From the NCBI GenBank assembly GCA_002269645.1, contig NIVC01001500.1:124001-188000 (forward strand): a DNA stretch of 64,000 bases. The letters run 5' to 3'. The position numbers and the translations under genes are program-made. The DNA is from Macrostomum lignano. Its lineage: Eukaryota. The notes below the pieces were generated by a model that searched no databases, had not been told where the DNA came from, and saw only the letters and a program-made list of their open reading frames with translations. Of this stretch, positions 1 to 14,479 are shown piece after piece (the first letter of the stretch is position 1; each line of letters opens with the position of its first letter).

Positions 1-2089
1 CACATTGTTTATAGAAAAACATATCCTATTCTTTTAAGCCACTTTCTTAAATCCAATTGCAGCTTGTTCAAGTGCCAATGTGAACAGAGAATGCTAAAGG
101 ACCATTACCAAGTCCCACCTCAAACCACAAAGTTCAAAATGCAAGTGTGGGAATGTATACTATATGCATCTAATCTGTGTTGAAAGTAGCACATGTCATG
201 TTTGAATTTTATTATACTGTCCAATTTTCTACTGGAGAGAAAATAGTTCTTTTGATATCAAATTCAAAATTACTGGAAACTATCATGGTCATTTAGCAGA
301 AATTCAAGCTGAAGATCCAACTGCTGAAGATCCAACTACTGCTACTAGTGTTATCTCTGGCAAAAAGTATCCAGTGAGGCATTGCAGTTTTTGTTAAGGC
401 TACTATAGAAAATTATGTGTTAAATCCAGTTTGATAAATCTATTGCTGAGTTTGGAGCCAAAACATGCTCTTTTTGCTATTCATAGGCATTCTATAGAGA
501 AAGAAAAAAGGATTCTTTGCACAATAACCCACTATATATCAATGAGTCTAGAAAGTTTCAATGCCAAGTATGCATACATTTTCTGGTGGCTATATTCAGA
601 AAATTTTGGCTATATCCCTATCAACACTATAAATATACAGCAGTGATCACATAGAGCTTCTGCAAGTGCAAACCATGCTCAAGGAAGACAAGTGGGCTCT
701 TGTTCATATTGGTGCAACAGGGGGTCTGGTTGCTCAGCCAACATTGGAGCCTGACTAGCAGTTATTGCTCTGTAGTCTTATAGTTCAAGATACAAATGTC
801 ATTGTGACATCTGTTGCTGATGCTAAACTGGCAAAGATGAAACAGAAAACAGAAAACTCTTTCTGAGCTCATTTTTAAGGACTACTCTCACTTCTGTTGA
901 GATAGTATCTGGAAGGTCAGGCAAGGTGCCAGAATATTTTTCTTAGACCTTAGCTGAGTGCAGATTCACTAGGTGCTTCATAGTGCTTCATACCTTTGGG
1001 TAGTAGACATTTTATTCATTGAACTAGAACAGTCAACACTTCCAATTGAGCAACATGATGTATATTTTGTTCTGTTCTTTGCATAGTTGATCTTAAAAAA
1101 AGTCATCAATGCTTGCAAGTCTTTTTAAGAATAGCCTATGATAGTTTTTAGGCATAGTCAGTAATTAGTAGAAGTTGAATTCTTAAAGACTATAATTAAT
1201 ATATGCACAATAAAATATATCATTAATCTAAGTTATTAAAATTATTAAAAACCAAATCATAGGCTATACCATGATTAATAAAAAATTGAAATAACCAGGA
1301 AACAAAAAAATTATTCTCTAACTTGATCCTCTATGGCAGCCAAATCCTGAACTATGCGGGACATCTTTCCCATTTCTCATACTAGACCATGTCAATGTGC
1401 CAGACTATGCCTACACTACTGGACTAATCCATGCCAGACATTATCTATAATAATGGCCATTGGCTATAATAGGAATATGATCTTATAGTTCTAGTTAATT
1501 TAGGCCTAGCATCAAGATGATTGATAACTATTTTGTTTGTTGCTAGTATGTTTACCACTCCTTTTTTCTACAAAAATTAGAGGTTGGACAAGTAGAAAAT
1601 TTTGGTTGGGCATGAATTTTTTTGAAATTTTTAGCATCAAGTATGATTATGATTGTGAATGTGAATTTATATTTATAGTAATACAAAATCTGAATTATAT
1701 TCCTGCCAAATTCATGCCAAAATGGACACTACTCTCAAGTTAACAAATTTAAATGTGCTAAAATTGTTTGTAAGTTACCTTGTCTGCCTGTTGTGGGTGT
1801 TTGCAATAAGAGATATTATGAGTTATATAAATTATAACACAATATCTTTTTGAAGCAAATTTACATTTAGAAATCTAATGAATTCAATGAAACAGAAAAC
1901 TATTTCTAAGAATATCATTTATTTAACATATTAGTAGCCTAACTGCCTAACTAGGGGATATACAAATATATCTTCCTACCTCAACAATTTTTTTCATGCT
2001 TAGCATTATCACATTTGGCAGTCATTATCTCACTAACTCAAGTTATCTAGATTTATCCCCCATTTCAAAATAAAAATTGGTCTTTTTTC

Positions 2090-2323
2090 TGTGAAATTGG
2101 AAAAAATGCTGCCTATGGAAAGCAAGTGCTGCAGAACACTGGTTCAATTGGCAGTATTCACTGCCATCTAGAGCCATTTCATCCTAACAAATTTAAAGAA
2201 ATGCAGAAAATTGATGCAGAGCATGGGAAGCTTAAGAGCAAGAACAATGCTACAAGTACTAGTCTACCACTTGAGCAACAAAAACTAAACATATTCTTTG
2301 CAAAGGCACAAACTGAAGTATAG
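2090..2323 (+). pseudogene. Possible decayed BED-zinc-finger fragment of a hAT-type transposase
   Basis: The frame reads FCEIGK...NTGSIGSIHCHLEPFHP, loosely matching BED finger CxxC...GST..L..HL...H spacing. The second Cys is lost and no catalytic domain was found nearby. Confidence 0.25.
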
Positions 2324-2425
2324 AAGGACTCATATCCTTGCTCCATTACAATTGACAGAATCATTATTGAATTTATTGCTCTTGATTTCTTAGCCATTCT
2401 CTATGGTTGAAAGTGATAGCTTTTA

Positions 2426-2448
2426 TCTCTACCTATAAAAATCAAAAC

Positions 2449-2481
<33 letters not shown>

Positions 2482-3110
2482 GTGTGGACAATTTTGATCG
2501 CTATGGACTCCCAAACCACTCAACCAAATTACACCAAACTTTACACGCACCCTAAACTCACTACGGAGAATGTCTTAGGCTACCTTTTAATTTCCTAGAC
2601 TCAAGTCTTCCTACCTAAAAGTACAAAAAACTGCTCAAAATGCGCGATTTTTTCACTAAATCCTCCATAGCGCCGCTCCACTTCTACCGATTCTCTTCAA
2701 ATTTGACACAGGCAATTTTCAACTATTTTGACACAATCGTGTAAAATTTTAAACCTCAAAGTTAATCCTGAAAGCCGCTGTGCACTTTTAAAGTTAGGCT
2801 GTTTTTTTCAGCGTAGCAACCACCCCAACCTCCGCCCGCCTGCCTCTCTTTCCCGATCTGGGCCCAGATGTGTAAAAGGGTTTCAAAATTGACTAACTTT
2901 CAGTTGCCATAAGTTTGCTCCACGTAAAGCGATTGACTTCAAACTTGACACAATTCTTCATTGACTCATTCTCTATCTAAATGTAAAGTTTCAACTCTGT
3001 AACTCAACAGAAAAAGAAACTGTAAGCATGTGAAGTTTGTCTGCTTTTTCTGTTGTTTGTGCCACTCACTCACTCATTCCCCCAGAGCCAGACGAAGGGT
3101 CAGGCAATAG
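2426..3110 (+). mobile_element. Non-autonomous Helitron-like (HINE/DINE-1/Lep1-type) element
   Basis: Starts A|TCTCTACCTATAAAAATC, immediately followed by a (GTCT)n microsatellite (2450-2480), the typical layout of these elements. The 3' hairpin/CTAG end is degraded, so the end coordinate is approximate. Confidence 0.5.
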
Positions 3111-3639
3111 GACTGAATGTACATAGCGAATGTACAGTGTTTTGGAATAACTTTTTAATAGCCTTCTCTGCACCCCCAGAGTGAAGAGGCTACGTTTAGC
3201 CATGACAGTTTAGTGAGAAATTCTAACCACTGCCCTCCCCTCTGTATAGGCAAACTCTGCAGCAGTTTAACAGTGGATGGCAATAGGCAAATCGAGGGAA
3301 TCCACTAACCAGCATGGTTTGTAAAAGCGAAAGATTTATGAAAAGGCGATGCGATGCAATGAAATACATACAACCCTACTAAATTAGGCACACCATGGAA
3401 ATTTTAGGTTTCGTTTAAAGGTACCGTATAAATTTTAAATGGCTTTCTAAGAAATGCGTATTTCCTTGGTTCTAAGACTGATGCAGACTGCAGTGGAGCT
3501 GAAGATACCCAAATTCCTTTCAGGGCTGCAAATTTGCAAGAAAAATGACGTGATCAAAGCATGAGAATAACCATGAGAGTACTACGTCTCACAAACTGGC
3601 TTTCCAAGCAGGGATGGGCAGACTTTTACCTCAAAGGCC

Positions 3640-4870
<1,231 letters not shown>

Positions 4871-5842
4871 ATAGAAATTTTAAAGGATCCAAGGGACGTA
4901 GGGAGAGTCAGGGAGAGACCAGAGTTTAGCAATATATGTTTTAGAGTCAGACAGACATTGCCTGACATTCTGCGCAGTACCCCAGCCAACAATGTCTCAA
5001 ACCCTAATTTTACACGAATGTGCTCCATTTTATGTCTACCTCTATCCTACTAACTATTAACAAGTTTTTGTTTGTGTATGGCCTTAGATTTCAGAATACA
5101 TGCAAAAGTAGTTCCGGGTATTGGAATTCCCCGGGTTCAAAATCCGCGGGTTTCAACAGCTTGTCAATTTCTAAAAGAAGCTTGTCCATAGTGTCACATT
5201 AAAAGCATTTACTTTTATCACAATCTTCTTGATTCCTTCTATGAAAAAGTGAAGAGAGGTGTCCAGGCTGAAATGGACAAGTGCCAAAGCTTAGCAGTTA
5301 CCTGCTACTTGTGGAATGAGAGGCCCTTGGCTTTTGCCTACTTGGCTACTTGGCTACTCCAATTGCCTACTTGGAGATATAGTTGACAAACTTGTTTTTG
5401 CAAACATTAATGCTTGGAAGATTAGCTTCTAGTAAATTGCTTTTATATGTAGCCTTCTTCTAACATAAGACTAGATCAATTGTAATTGGAGGCCAGCTGA
5501 TGATATTAATCATAATATGAAACAGCTGATCACAAATATGAAAATATTTGATTCTATATGTAGTCAAATTGACTACTATGGCATTGTGTTTCAATAGCAA
5601 TTTCTGTATGCCTTTAGTAATGGGGTCATTCTACAAGAGGGTCCCATCATGTTTTGAACTTTAAGCACTTATAACTTTTGAACCATAATAGACAGAACAA
5701 AGCTGCAAAAAGCAATTTCTATGAGTCACTCCAAAAGTCTAGAATAGAAAGGAAAGAGTAACAATTTTTGTTAACCAGCTTTCACCCATAGACAAAATTA
5801 TTTGCCATTAATGCTTAAGTCTCATTGCCAATCCCTTAGCCA

Positions 5843-6029
5843 ACTCTGAGTTAAAGCCTAATTAAATAGGCACCTTATACTAAAAGTCATAGAGCTTGAA
5901 AATCACAATTTTTGCGTAATCCTATATTGTGTCTATATTGTGTCAAAATACTCTGAGTTAAAGCCTAATTAAATAGGCACCTTATACTAAAAGTCATGGA
6001 GCTTGAAAACCACAATTTTTGTGCAATCC
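5843..6029. repeat. ~80-bp direct duplication (period 107 bp)
   Basis: actctgagttaaagcctaattaaataggcaccttatactaaaagtcat... occurs at ~5843 and ~5950. It is followed by another Helitron-like 5' start, TCTCCTATATATTAAAAATG, at ~6031. Confidence 0.8.
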
Positions 6030-6505
6030 TTCTCCTATATATTAAAAATGAAAATCTTGCTAGCAAAACGATGCTAGCAGAATGTTTTTCTTGGCTTGCA
6101 ACTGCCTTCCCTAACAAGTCTCTATCTCAAGCAACTGTGTACAACTGGTATTGCAAGTTTCATTTATAGTATACCTGCCTGAGTGATAAAGGTTGCAACA
6201 ATTGGCCCTTGATAGCTATAACCCAGCACAATATCAATGAAGCCAAGTGACTAATAAATGAGCATAGGCACATAACCTACAATGAGTTACAGTTGCAATT
6301 AGGCATTGAATTGGGACAGGTGCTATCCTGCATGAATACCTAGGCCTGCAGAAGCTATGCACTTGGTGGGTGCCCCATTTGCTATCATAGGAGCAAATAT
6401 AGGTCAGGATTGACTAGTGCAAGAAAATGCCAGAGGAGCATCAAGGAAGGTTTTTGACATCTTTAGTGATGATATAACAATATTCACCAATGGAAAACAA
6501 TCATA

Positions 6506-7445
6506 AGAGGGCTGCTTAATAAATTTGTGGAAAATCCCATTTCCCTTTGCCCAATTCACACAAAATTTGACATAATACTTCTCTCACATGTTCATAACAG
6601 CTTTCAAGTACATGCAGATGCTTCAAGCGGCCCTTGGCGATGAAGCCCCATCTCTGACGATGGTCCACAAGTGGTTTGCTTGCTTTTGCTGCGGCTCCAT
6701 GTCTTTGGACGACAATGGCTGGGAAGGTCATCCAAATGTGGCCAATAATAACACAACTGTGGCCGCTGTCCAGAGGCTCCTAGATGAGGATAGATGCAAA
6801 CAGTTCGAAAGCTTGAGAAAAGTGTGGGGATTTTGGATTCAAGCATTGTTTCCATCTTGTACAATCACCTTGGCATGAGGAAGGTGTCTATGCACTGGGT
6901 CCCTTACCACTTGGACCAAAACCAGATGCAGGCTTAGGTCAAGTTCTCAAGTTTCATGTTCAAAAAGTTTGACCCAAGAGCTTCAAAACTGGTGAATAAC
7001 AAAATCACTGGTGGTGGTGACAAACCCTGGGTCTACTTTTACAACCCAGAAACCAAAGAGCAGAGCCAGCAGTGGATCACAAGAGGACACACCCATCAAG
7101 TTTCGTGCAAAGCTTTGAGAAAGTCATGGTGGCAGTTTTCTTCAGATGATGCAGCATCCTGCCACCTGTGCTGCTCAAGGATGGCGCCACAGTGACTGGT
7201 GAATGGTACTCAACTGCCTGTCTGCTGCAAGTGCTTGAAAGTCTTGCTCAGCAGCGTCCAAAGATGAGAGAATGCGGGATTCTGCTACATCACAATGCAC
7301 CCATGCACTGCACTAGGGTGACCTAGCAGTTTCTCCAGTTGACTCAGCTGATGTTGCTGCCACATCCAGTTTACTCACTAGACCTTGTGCCCTTTGACTT
7401 TTTCCTCTTTCTCAGGATCAAGAAGAACTTGAAGGGAAAGCAGAA
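6506..7445 (+). mobile_element. Mariner (Tc1/mariner DD34D) transposon fossil with a disrupted transposase
   Basis: Left end TA|AGAGGGCTGCTTAATAA resembles mariner TIRs. Motifs present: HTH (ALGDEAPSLTMVHKWF), WVPY(H)L, ITG..D..WVYFYNPETKEQSQQW, LLHHNAPMH and HPVYSLDLVPFDFFLF (the YSPDLAP motif). Multiple stops and frameshifts; the right end is missing. Confidence 0.92.
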
Positions 7446-8130
7446 AGAAAGAATTGGAAAGAAATCACAATTAAATACCACTTTTTAAGATTCTGCACCC
7501 CTGTCTAGAGTACAAACTATACTTGATTGGATTCTCACAAGTCATCAAGATGGCAAAGTTGTTTAACAACTACTAGAAGAAAGTAAGACCTGATTCTTGA
7601 AATGGCAAAAAAAATTGCAACTCTGCTGAATCTTCTAAGAAGCAATTATGAATGGAGAGCATCAGGTTTAGGTATCTCTTTAAGTCTCTCAAAAAGCAAA
7701 AAAATAATGCTTACTTACTAAGTTACTTCTTCCTTGGTAGGAAAACTTGTTGAGGTGGTGATTAAAAATAAAGCCAAAATGCATTATTGATAGCCTCATG
7801 CTAAAAAAACTGTAAGATAAATAAAGTACCAAAATATGCTAGTGCTTATTGTACTCTTGATAGTATAAGGAGAGTCAAATTGACATCAGCAAAGACAATT
7901 TATCCATATTATCAAAATGAGCTTGTTAGTCAAAAAGATAATATACCAAATAAGGTGTGGGCCTATCCAGTGTTAGGCCTTTTGCATAATGTACATAGCA
8001 AAAATGACAATGAATATATGGAAAGAAAAACTGCTTCCTGTACAGTGTGTTGATATTAAGCTAATAGATCTACCTAAAGTAAAGTGCTTCAAAGCAGTAG
8101 AAGGCAAATATAATATATATTCCATGCCTA

Positions 8131-8589
8131 CCATAGTCCGGATCATGGCAGGCGTACGCCGGAGTGAAAATTCGTGTCTTTTCAATTTTACGCCGACGTA
8201 AAGTTCAAAAAATTTTTACGCCAAGTCAAAAGTTGTTTATACGCCAACTTTTTAAAGAATTTGTATTTTTTAAAACTTAAAATTAATTATTTACTTGAAA
8301 ACGGCTGATTTTTTCTAAAAACTAATATTCTTTGTTTTAATTTTGTTTTCTCGTAAATTTTGTTAATATTTTCTGTTTTGTTAACCCTTTATATTCAGAA
8401 GAGCTTTGGTTAATTGATATTTAACTACACGATTGCATCAGCCCTGAACTTTTCTATTTCTTGTACGCCGGTTGTTTACACTTCATGTTGAACCTGAATA
8501 TTCTATACGCCAAATGTATGCCAAGATTGTCAGCGAGTGCAAAATTACGCCGGAAAATTCCGGCATAAAGGCCACCTTCCGGACTATGG
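8131..8589. mobile_element. MITE with 12-bp TIRs and an 8-bp TSD (hAT/P-type)
   Basis: CCATAGTCCGGA ... TCCGGACTATGG, flanked by catgccta (8123-8130) and catgtcta (8590-8597), one mismatch. Internal TACGCC repeats. Confidence 0.85.
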
Positions 8590-9940
8590 CATGTCTATAT
8601 TTAAATGCAAGTTAGATATGAGCATGCTTTCAGGCAACTACTTTTATTATCCTGTATATTAAGATACATTCTAATATATGCAAAAATGGCAGGTACCCTT
8701 GCTTGTTATATGTATATGTTACCTTCTGAACTGTAAGGCATTATTGGGCCTACCCTTAAAATAGACTTGTTGAGTTCAAAAAAACTAACTAATAAGTTTA
8801 ACTTTTTGTTCATAGTTTATTACTTTATTTCCTGTTGTTTTGGTATTAAAACACATTTTTGCACAAATTCAAGTTTAGCAAAGGATTCTTGAAGATTACC
8901 AAAAATTGGTATATTCTAGAAAGTCAATAATAATTTTTTGTTGTTTTACAATAAACATTTTATCAATTATTAAAAAAATATTGCTAAAAACTTCTGAGAT
9001 AGGATTTTTGTTCTAGCACACACTATACACAATCTAGACTTTACCTACCTAGACAGCAGATTCAGATAGAATGATTGCACATGAAGACTAATCTAGATTA
9101 ATCTCAAGAATAATCATGCTATGTAAAGAATTGCAAAGCTTTTACAAAGATTCAAAAGAGGGTAAATGCATTATAGGAATAGCATTATCTTAGATTTAAA
9201 TTTTTATGTACATATTTTTATATAATTGTATTTTTTAGAAGTAAAAAATACTTTTAGATCTACTAGAAATACTTACCAGTCATGTTTTCCTATTTCATCT
9301 TCATAGAGTGCTAGCACTGAATACATTTGAAGAAACAGTAAAAAAATAAGCATACAAAACGAAAATTTGTTCTTATTAATCCCCATACTCAATATACTAC
9401 AGTCCAGAGGTCAAGAGGTGCCTATGTCTAGGTCTCTATGATAAGAAAAACTGTAACAAATTTTGCTCTAGTAGCTAGACTAAAGTTGGAAAAGTTTCGC
9501 AACTAACAAGAATTGTAATGGCTGATCGATTTGTTAATAATTTTTATAAATGTAAAATGCTTTAAAATCGATGGCTAATCTACGCAGGGTATGAATTAGG
9601 TCAAAACGAATTGCACGCGCGCGCGATCAAGCTTATTTAAAACTGTATCGTAGTAAAAGTGACTTTAAAATTTATTACATTAAACGAATTGAAACAAATA
9701 AAAACAAATTTAAATTTTTATCATATGCAAAACACAAAAATCTATGTAAAAATCTATGTATAAAATTAGTTAAAAACGTGACAGTTAAATGTTGACTACT
9801 AATGTAGAAAATGGCGACAGTGCTTGAGGCTAGGCAGCCGTATATACACGTTAGGCGGTATAGAACACGGCAAAAACCGCCTATAAGGCAGTCCGTATCA
9901 TGCTATATGATACGGTGGCATGATATAAACTGCCTTTTTT

Positions 9941-10624
9941 ATGCGCACAAAGGCCCAATATGGCACAAATTTGAACAGACGTTTTTGCTTATCAAGGCGA
10001 GAGACTGTTGATGGCAGCTGCCTAGCCTGCAACGACGAAGTGCACGAAGGCATTCAATGCGAAAGCTGTCACCGCTGGTGCCACCAGTCCTGCTCCGGCC
10101 TAGCAAAGCCAATTTTCACCGCCATCGCAAATGGCCCTAGCGATAATGGTCTCATATGGACTTGCCGAGATTGCAAGACCCATGCCCGCGCGCTACTTAA
10201 CAGCGTGGAGCTGCTTAAAGACCTCAAAGTCAAGCTGACGGCCCTCGAAGAACGCATAGAAGAGCTAGAGTCGATTGAGAGCGGGAAGCAAACTGTCACC
10301 TACGACATCAGCTTTGATGAAATCGTGGAGGAAGTCAGGCAGCGCGGTATAAAGAAGAATAACATCATAGTTTTTGGACTCCAAGAAGACGCTAAGCTCG
10401 AGGACTTTATGCAGGATGGGCTCAAAGTGTCCCCCGCAACTGTCCCAATTGTCGCCACCAGGCGGATCGGTCGCGAACAACCTCTCAGCAATCGACCAAG
10501 GCCCCTCGTTGTTCGGCTGGTCAACGATAGCGACAAAGCGGCCTTCTTCGGTAATCTGAGAAACCTGAGCGAAACTGGCTCTGCCTACTCCCGTATTCGG
10601 ATCTTGTACTCATTTTTGTATTAA
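9941..10624 (+). pseudogene. Truncated LINE ORF1 fragment (PHD finger, coiled coil and RRM-like region; CR1/L2-group type)
   Basis: CLAC...CESCHRWCHQSC...WTCRDC is a Cys4-His-Cys3 PHD finger. It is followed by a coiled coil (LKVKLTALEERIEEL) and RGIKKNNIIVFGLQE...RRIG...RPRPLVVRL, typical of LINE ORF1p. It lies in a segment (9993-10840) absent from the right arm. Confidence 0.8.
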
Positions 10625-11847
10625 TATTTATACTCGTTGTTAGTTGTTAGTCGTCACTTTTCGTCTAAAAATACCGTAAAAATTCTGGCGCGCTTTCAAA
10701 TACTTTATCTTTTACAATAACTCAGCAAATCGTCGTCAAATCGTCTTTATAAACTTCTATATTCGAAAATTCCAAATACATAGCTCTATAATATATTGGC
10801 CAAACAGGCTAATTGCCTGAGCCAAATTCTCTTACTACTCTTTAGTTCACTAATGCAAAGTAGGCCTAGCGATTTTACTAGCCTACTATTCTCTAGTACA
10901 GTAATTTTAGTGTCACTAGAATGCTAGATAAATATTAGGTCAGGATGACTTAGTTACAACTACAAGTGTTAACATTTAACATTATTTTATGTAGGCCTAC
11001 TAGCTGTTTATTATTTCCACAATACACTGTATTAATAGGCCCAGCAAATTAATATTAGAACAGAAGAACAATATGACTCGACTTAAAGTTCAATAAGTGA
11101 ACTTGGATGGCACTCAGTTTTAGTTTGTAGCTAGGCCTATGCACCATTTTGTAATGGAATGCAATAACTGTATGACTAAGCGAGGCCTAAAGCTATATAT
11201 TCTTTTTTTCTGAACCCTGAATCCTGAGTTTAGGAGAGAAACTATTTAGTAAAGCTATATTGATAGATATATTGAACAGGCATAATTTAGGGTTCTAATA
11301 TACTATACTAATAGCCTATTATATATAACTAGTTTAACTAGCTGAGCTAGCATAAAATTCCATAAATGAATGTATTCTTTATTTTTATTTTAATAATAAA
11401 TTAGGTTCTATTCTACTATTTTATATTATAGGTTAAGCCTGAAATTAGTATTTAGTATTTTGAGGTTCTATATTTTTTTGTTTTTTTTAACCTTCCCTTT
11501 CCCTATCTATAACCTGCTAGCCTTCCCTACATAGCTATACCTTGTTGCCCTTCACCATACCCTACCCTGGTGGCCAGGGTTTTTTTTTGTGCGCAGAGTG
11601 TGCGTATGCACCCTAAATTTTAAAATCGCACCCTGAAATTAAAAAAGTAGGTGCGGTTTAGGTGCGGTCTTATAACCATTTTTCTTTAAAGGCTTAACCA
11701 TGCTTAAGCTATTTTTTATGCATTGCCTTAAAATATGAAACAAAATAACTCTTTAAATCCTATTAAGTCATATAGACGATATAGCCTATAGCTATAGCCT
11801 TATGTAAGATATTAAAATATACATTCCCAGTTGTCTGAAATGTGAGC

Positions 11848-14148
11848 AATGTGAGGGTTTCACGAGAGATATTCAGACAAAGGCTCCCTAAAACACGCCC
11901 CGCACCGGGCCCCGAACTGCTACACATTATAACATTTTTTGTCAATGCAGTATTTGATTGCAAGGAAAAGTTAAAATAGTAATGGAATAAATATCTTTAT
12001 TTATTTTTTTAAATATTATTATTTTTTATATTCTCGTTTTCATTATTAAATTATAATATTATTATTTTATTAATATTATTATTAATATCACTTATTGTTC
12101 ACCGAATTTTATATTTCAAAGTAAAAAAAACTAAATTTAATAAAAACTTGAAGCTTAACAGAAAACGCATTCTGAAGTGTCTTTAATTATAGTCCAATTT
12201 GTTTTAATGTGTAGCGCTGCAGGGCGGTGCGGGGCGTGTTTTAGGGAGACCCATTCAGACAGACATTCAAAATGATTGTCTGTAACTTCAAACAAAATTG
12301 ACCCGCTTCAACCATCTTTTTGGCAAATACTTACGCAAGTGTTGGGCGTCAAATAAGCTTTAATTTATTAACTGAAGTAAAAATCCTTCTGACATACATT
12401 GATTTAAAAATTGCTTAGCAACACTAGCTCTGATTAGAAATCGCTTTACTGTTGACTAAAATTGTTTTGATCGTAGCAGCCTAAAAGCAGATACTGGATT
12501 TAAAAATGCTTCGATTTACTCTATACGCATGTCTCAGCTTTAAAATGACACCTCAGGCATTGCAAAAGACAGCTTTTTTGATGCTGAGATATTCAACACT
12601 AAACATTGCTTTGCTCAAACTCACATTCGGAAACTTCACTGATTTTTATTCAATATTTGTTCAGATGCTTGTCTACTTCTCCATTTATTAACCATCGCAT
12701 GGAGCCTTGCTAACGTACAAGTGTATGTAGTTACAGTAAATGGGGTTTTTGTGACTCACTTAAACTTGTTTACGCATTCTACAGCTATTCGCCGCCTTTC
12801 ATTGGAGTGATTCATGGAGTCCAGTTGATAAATTTCCACAAATTGGACTGCTTCTACTACGTCAGATCTCAACATTTGGAACCGTCCTTGAACTATTTCA
12901 GAGTTAAGTGAGCTAATGGCATCAAATGGAAGGCTAGTGCTCGTACTTGTAAGCGAAGCAGGTTCACAATTGAAATGGTTGTATTCATGGCCATGGGATC
13001 TAAACTGATCTGTTTTACTTTCACGATCGCTTTGGTCTGAGAAGGAGCAGCAGTTGATTAACTGAGGTGAGAAGAAGATGTGTCACGACTTGAGCTGTTT
13101 TTAGAAAATATCTTTATCCAATTAAATATTTTCATGCGGCTCCTTAGGTTGTTCCGAATTCCGAGTCTAGAAGTCAAGACAGAAAAAAAGTTAAAAACTG
13201 CTACTGTAGTCCGTAGGGATTGGAAAGCTTAGCAGTACATTAGAAATCGCCTGTTCAATCTAAAAAGTTTGAAGTACATATAGCTATTGGGTTGCAACAA
13301 TAGTAGAAAAAATTCTTCCTTTTTATTTTATTCCCACCGCTTACCTCATTCCAATTTGGATAGCAGAATTGCCACGCAAAAAAAGTAAAAACATAACAAT
13401 AAACTATTTGCTTCATATTAATTGCCACTGACTATTAATAAACGCGACGTCAATTTCTCTCAATAACAGTTGGAACATGTTTCTTGTACACTCGTATATT
13501 TATTTGAACCGCAAAGCGGTGAAAAAGTCATGATTGGTTGCCATATGTACAAATGTACACTCACAGACTCACTGACTCAGGTACAATCTATGCAATATAA
13601 AGGCAGGAATCATTAAAAATCAAATACTTAAGACAGTTTAAGAGAAGTCCAGGTTTAAACTGGACATGACTAGAATTTGACAAGTTTCTAATGAAAAACA
13701 AGGACACGGCAGCTGCACAAATATCGACAAAAAATCAGTGAAATTTCTGAATGTGAGACTGCGCAAAGCAATGCATGTTTAGTGTCGAATATCTCAGCAT
13801 CAAAGCTGTCTTTTGCGACGCCTGAGGTGTCATTTTAAAGCTGAGACATGCGTATAGAGTAAATCGAAGCATTTTTAAATCCAGTATCTGCTTTTAGGCT
13901 GCTACGATCAAAACAATTTTAGTCAACAGTAAAGCGATTTCTAATCAGAGCTAGTGTTGCTAAGCAATTTTTAAATCAATGTATGTCAGAAGGATTTTTA
14001 CTTCAGTTAATAAATTAAAGCTTATTCGACGCCCAACACTTGCGTAAGTATTTGCCAAAAAGATGGTTGAAGCGGGTCAATTTTGTTTAAAGTTACAGAC
14101 GATCGTTTCGAATGTCTGTCTGAATATCTCTCGTGAAACCCTCACATT
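11848..14148. mobile_element. Long-TIR (~430 bp) element nested in the hAT-like element
   Basis: AATGTGAGGGTTTCACGAGAG... (11848-11879 plus 12253-~12647) is inverted at ~13730-14148. No clear TSD. Confidence 0.75.
11880..12252. mobile_element. Mutator-type MITE with a 9-bp TSD
   Basis: TIR ggctccctaaaacacgccccgcacc / ggtgcggggcgtgttttagggagacc. TSD attcagaca at 11871-11879 and 12253-12261. The empty site is seen in the partner TIR at ~14110-14148. Confidence 0.85.
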
Positions 14149-14479
14149 CTAAACAAGACTCAGGAGAAATTGCACTCTGAGCCTTAAAATCGCACCTTGA
14201 AATTTGGCACAAGGTGCGATTTCGCACCTTATCTCTGGCAAAAAAAAAACCCAGCTGGTGGCCTTCCTACAACACTTGCTACCTATTTTTATCAATACAA
14301 CTACAAGCCTTCCCTATACCTTGCTGCCCTTCATTGTCTTTTATGCGCCTTTTCTACACCCTGCTGCCTTTCACAAACCTTGCTGCTCTTTAATATATCC
14401 TGCTTGGCCTTCATTGTATCTTGTTGGCCTTCCCACATGGCCATACCTTGCTGGCTTTTCCCATATCCTACTAGCCTTC

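Larger units (their letters stand above)
11575..14254. mobile_element. Non-autonomous hAT-like element inserted in the left foldback arm
   Basis: Termini CAGGGTTTTTTTT ... AAAAAAAACCCAG with a perfect 8-bp TSD ctggtggc (11567-11574 and 14255-14262). The right arm shows the empty site. Confidence 0.9.
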
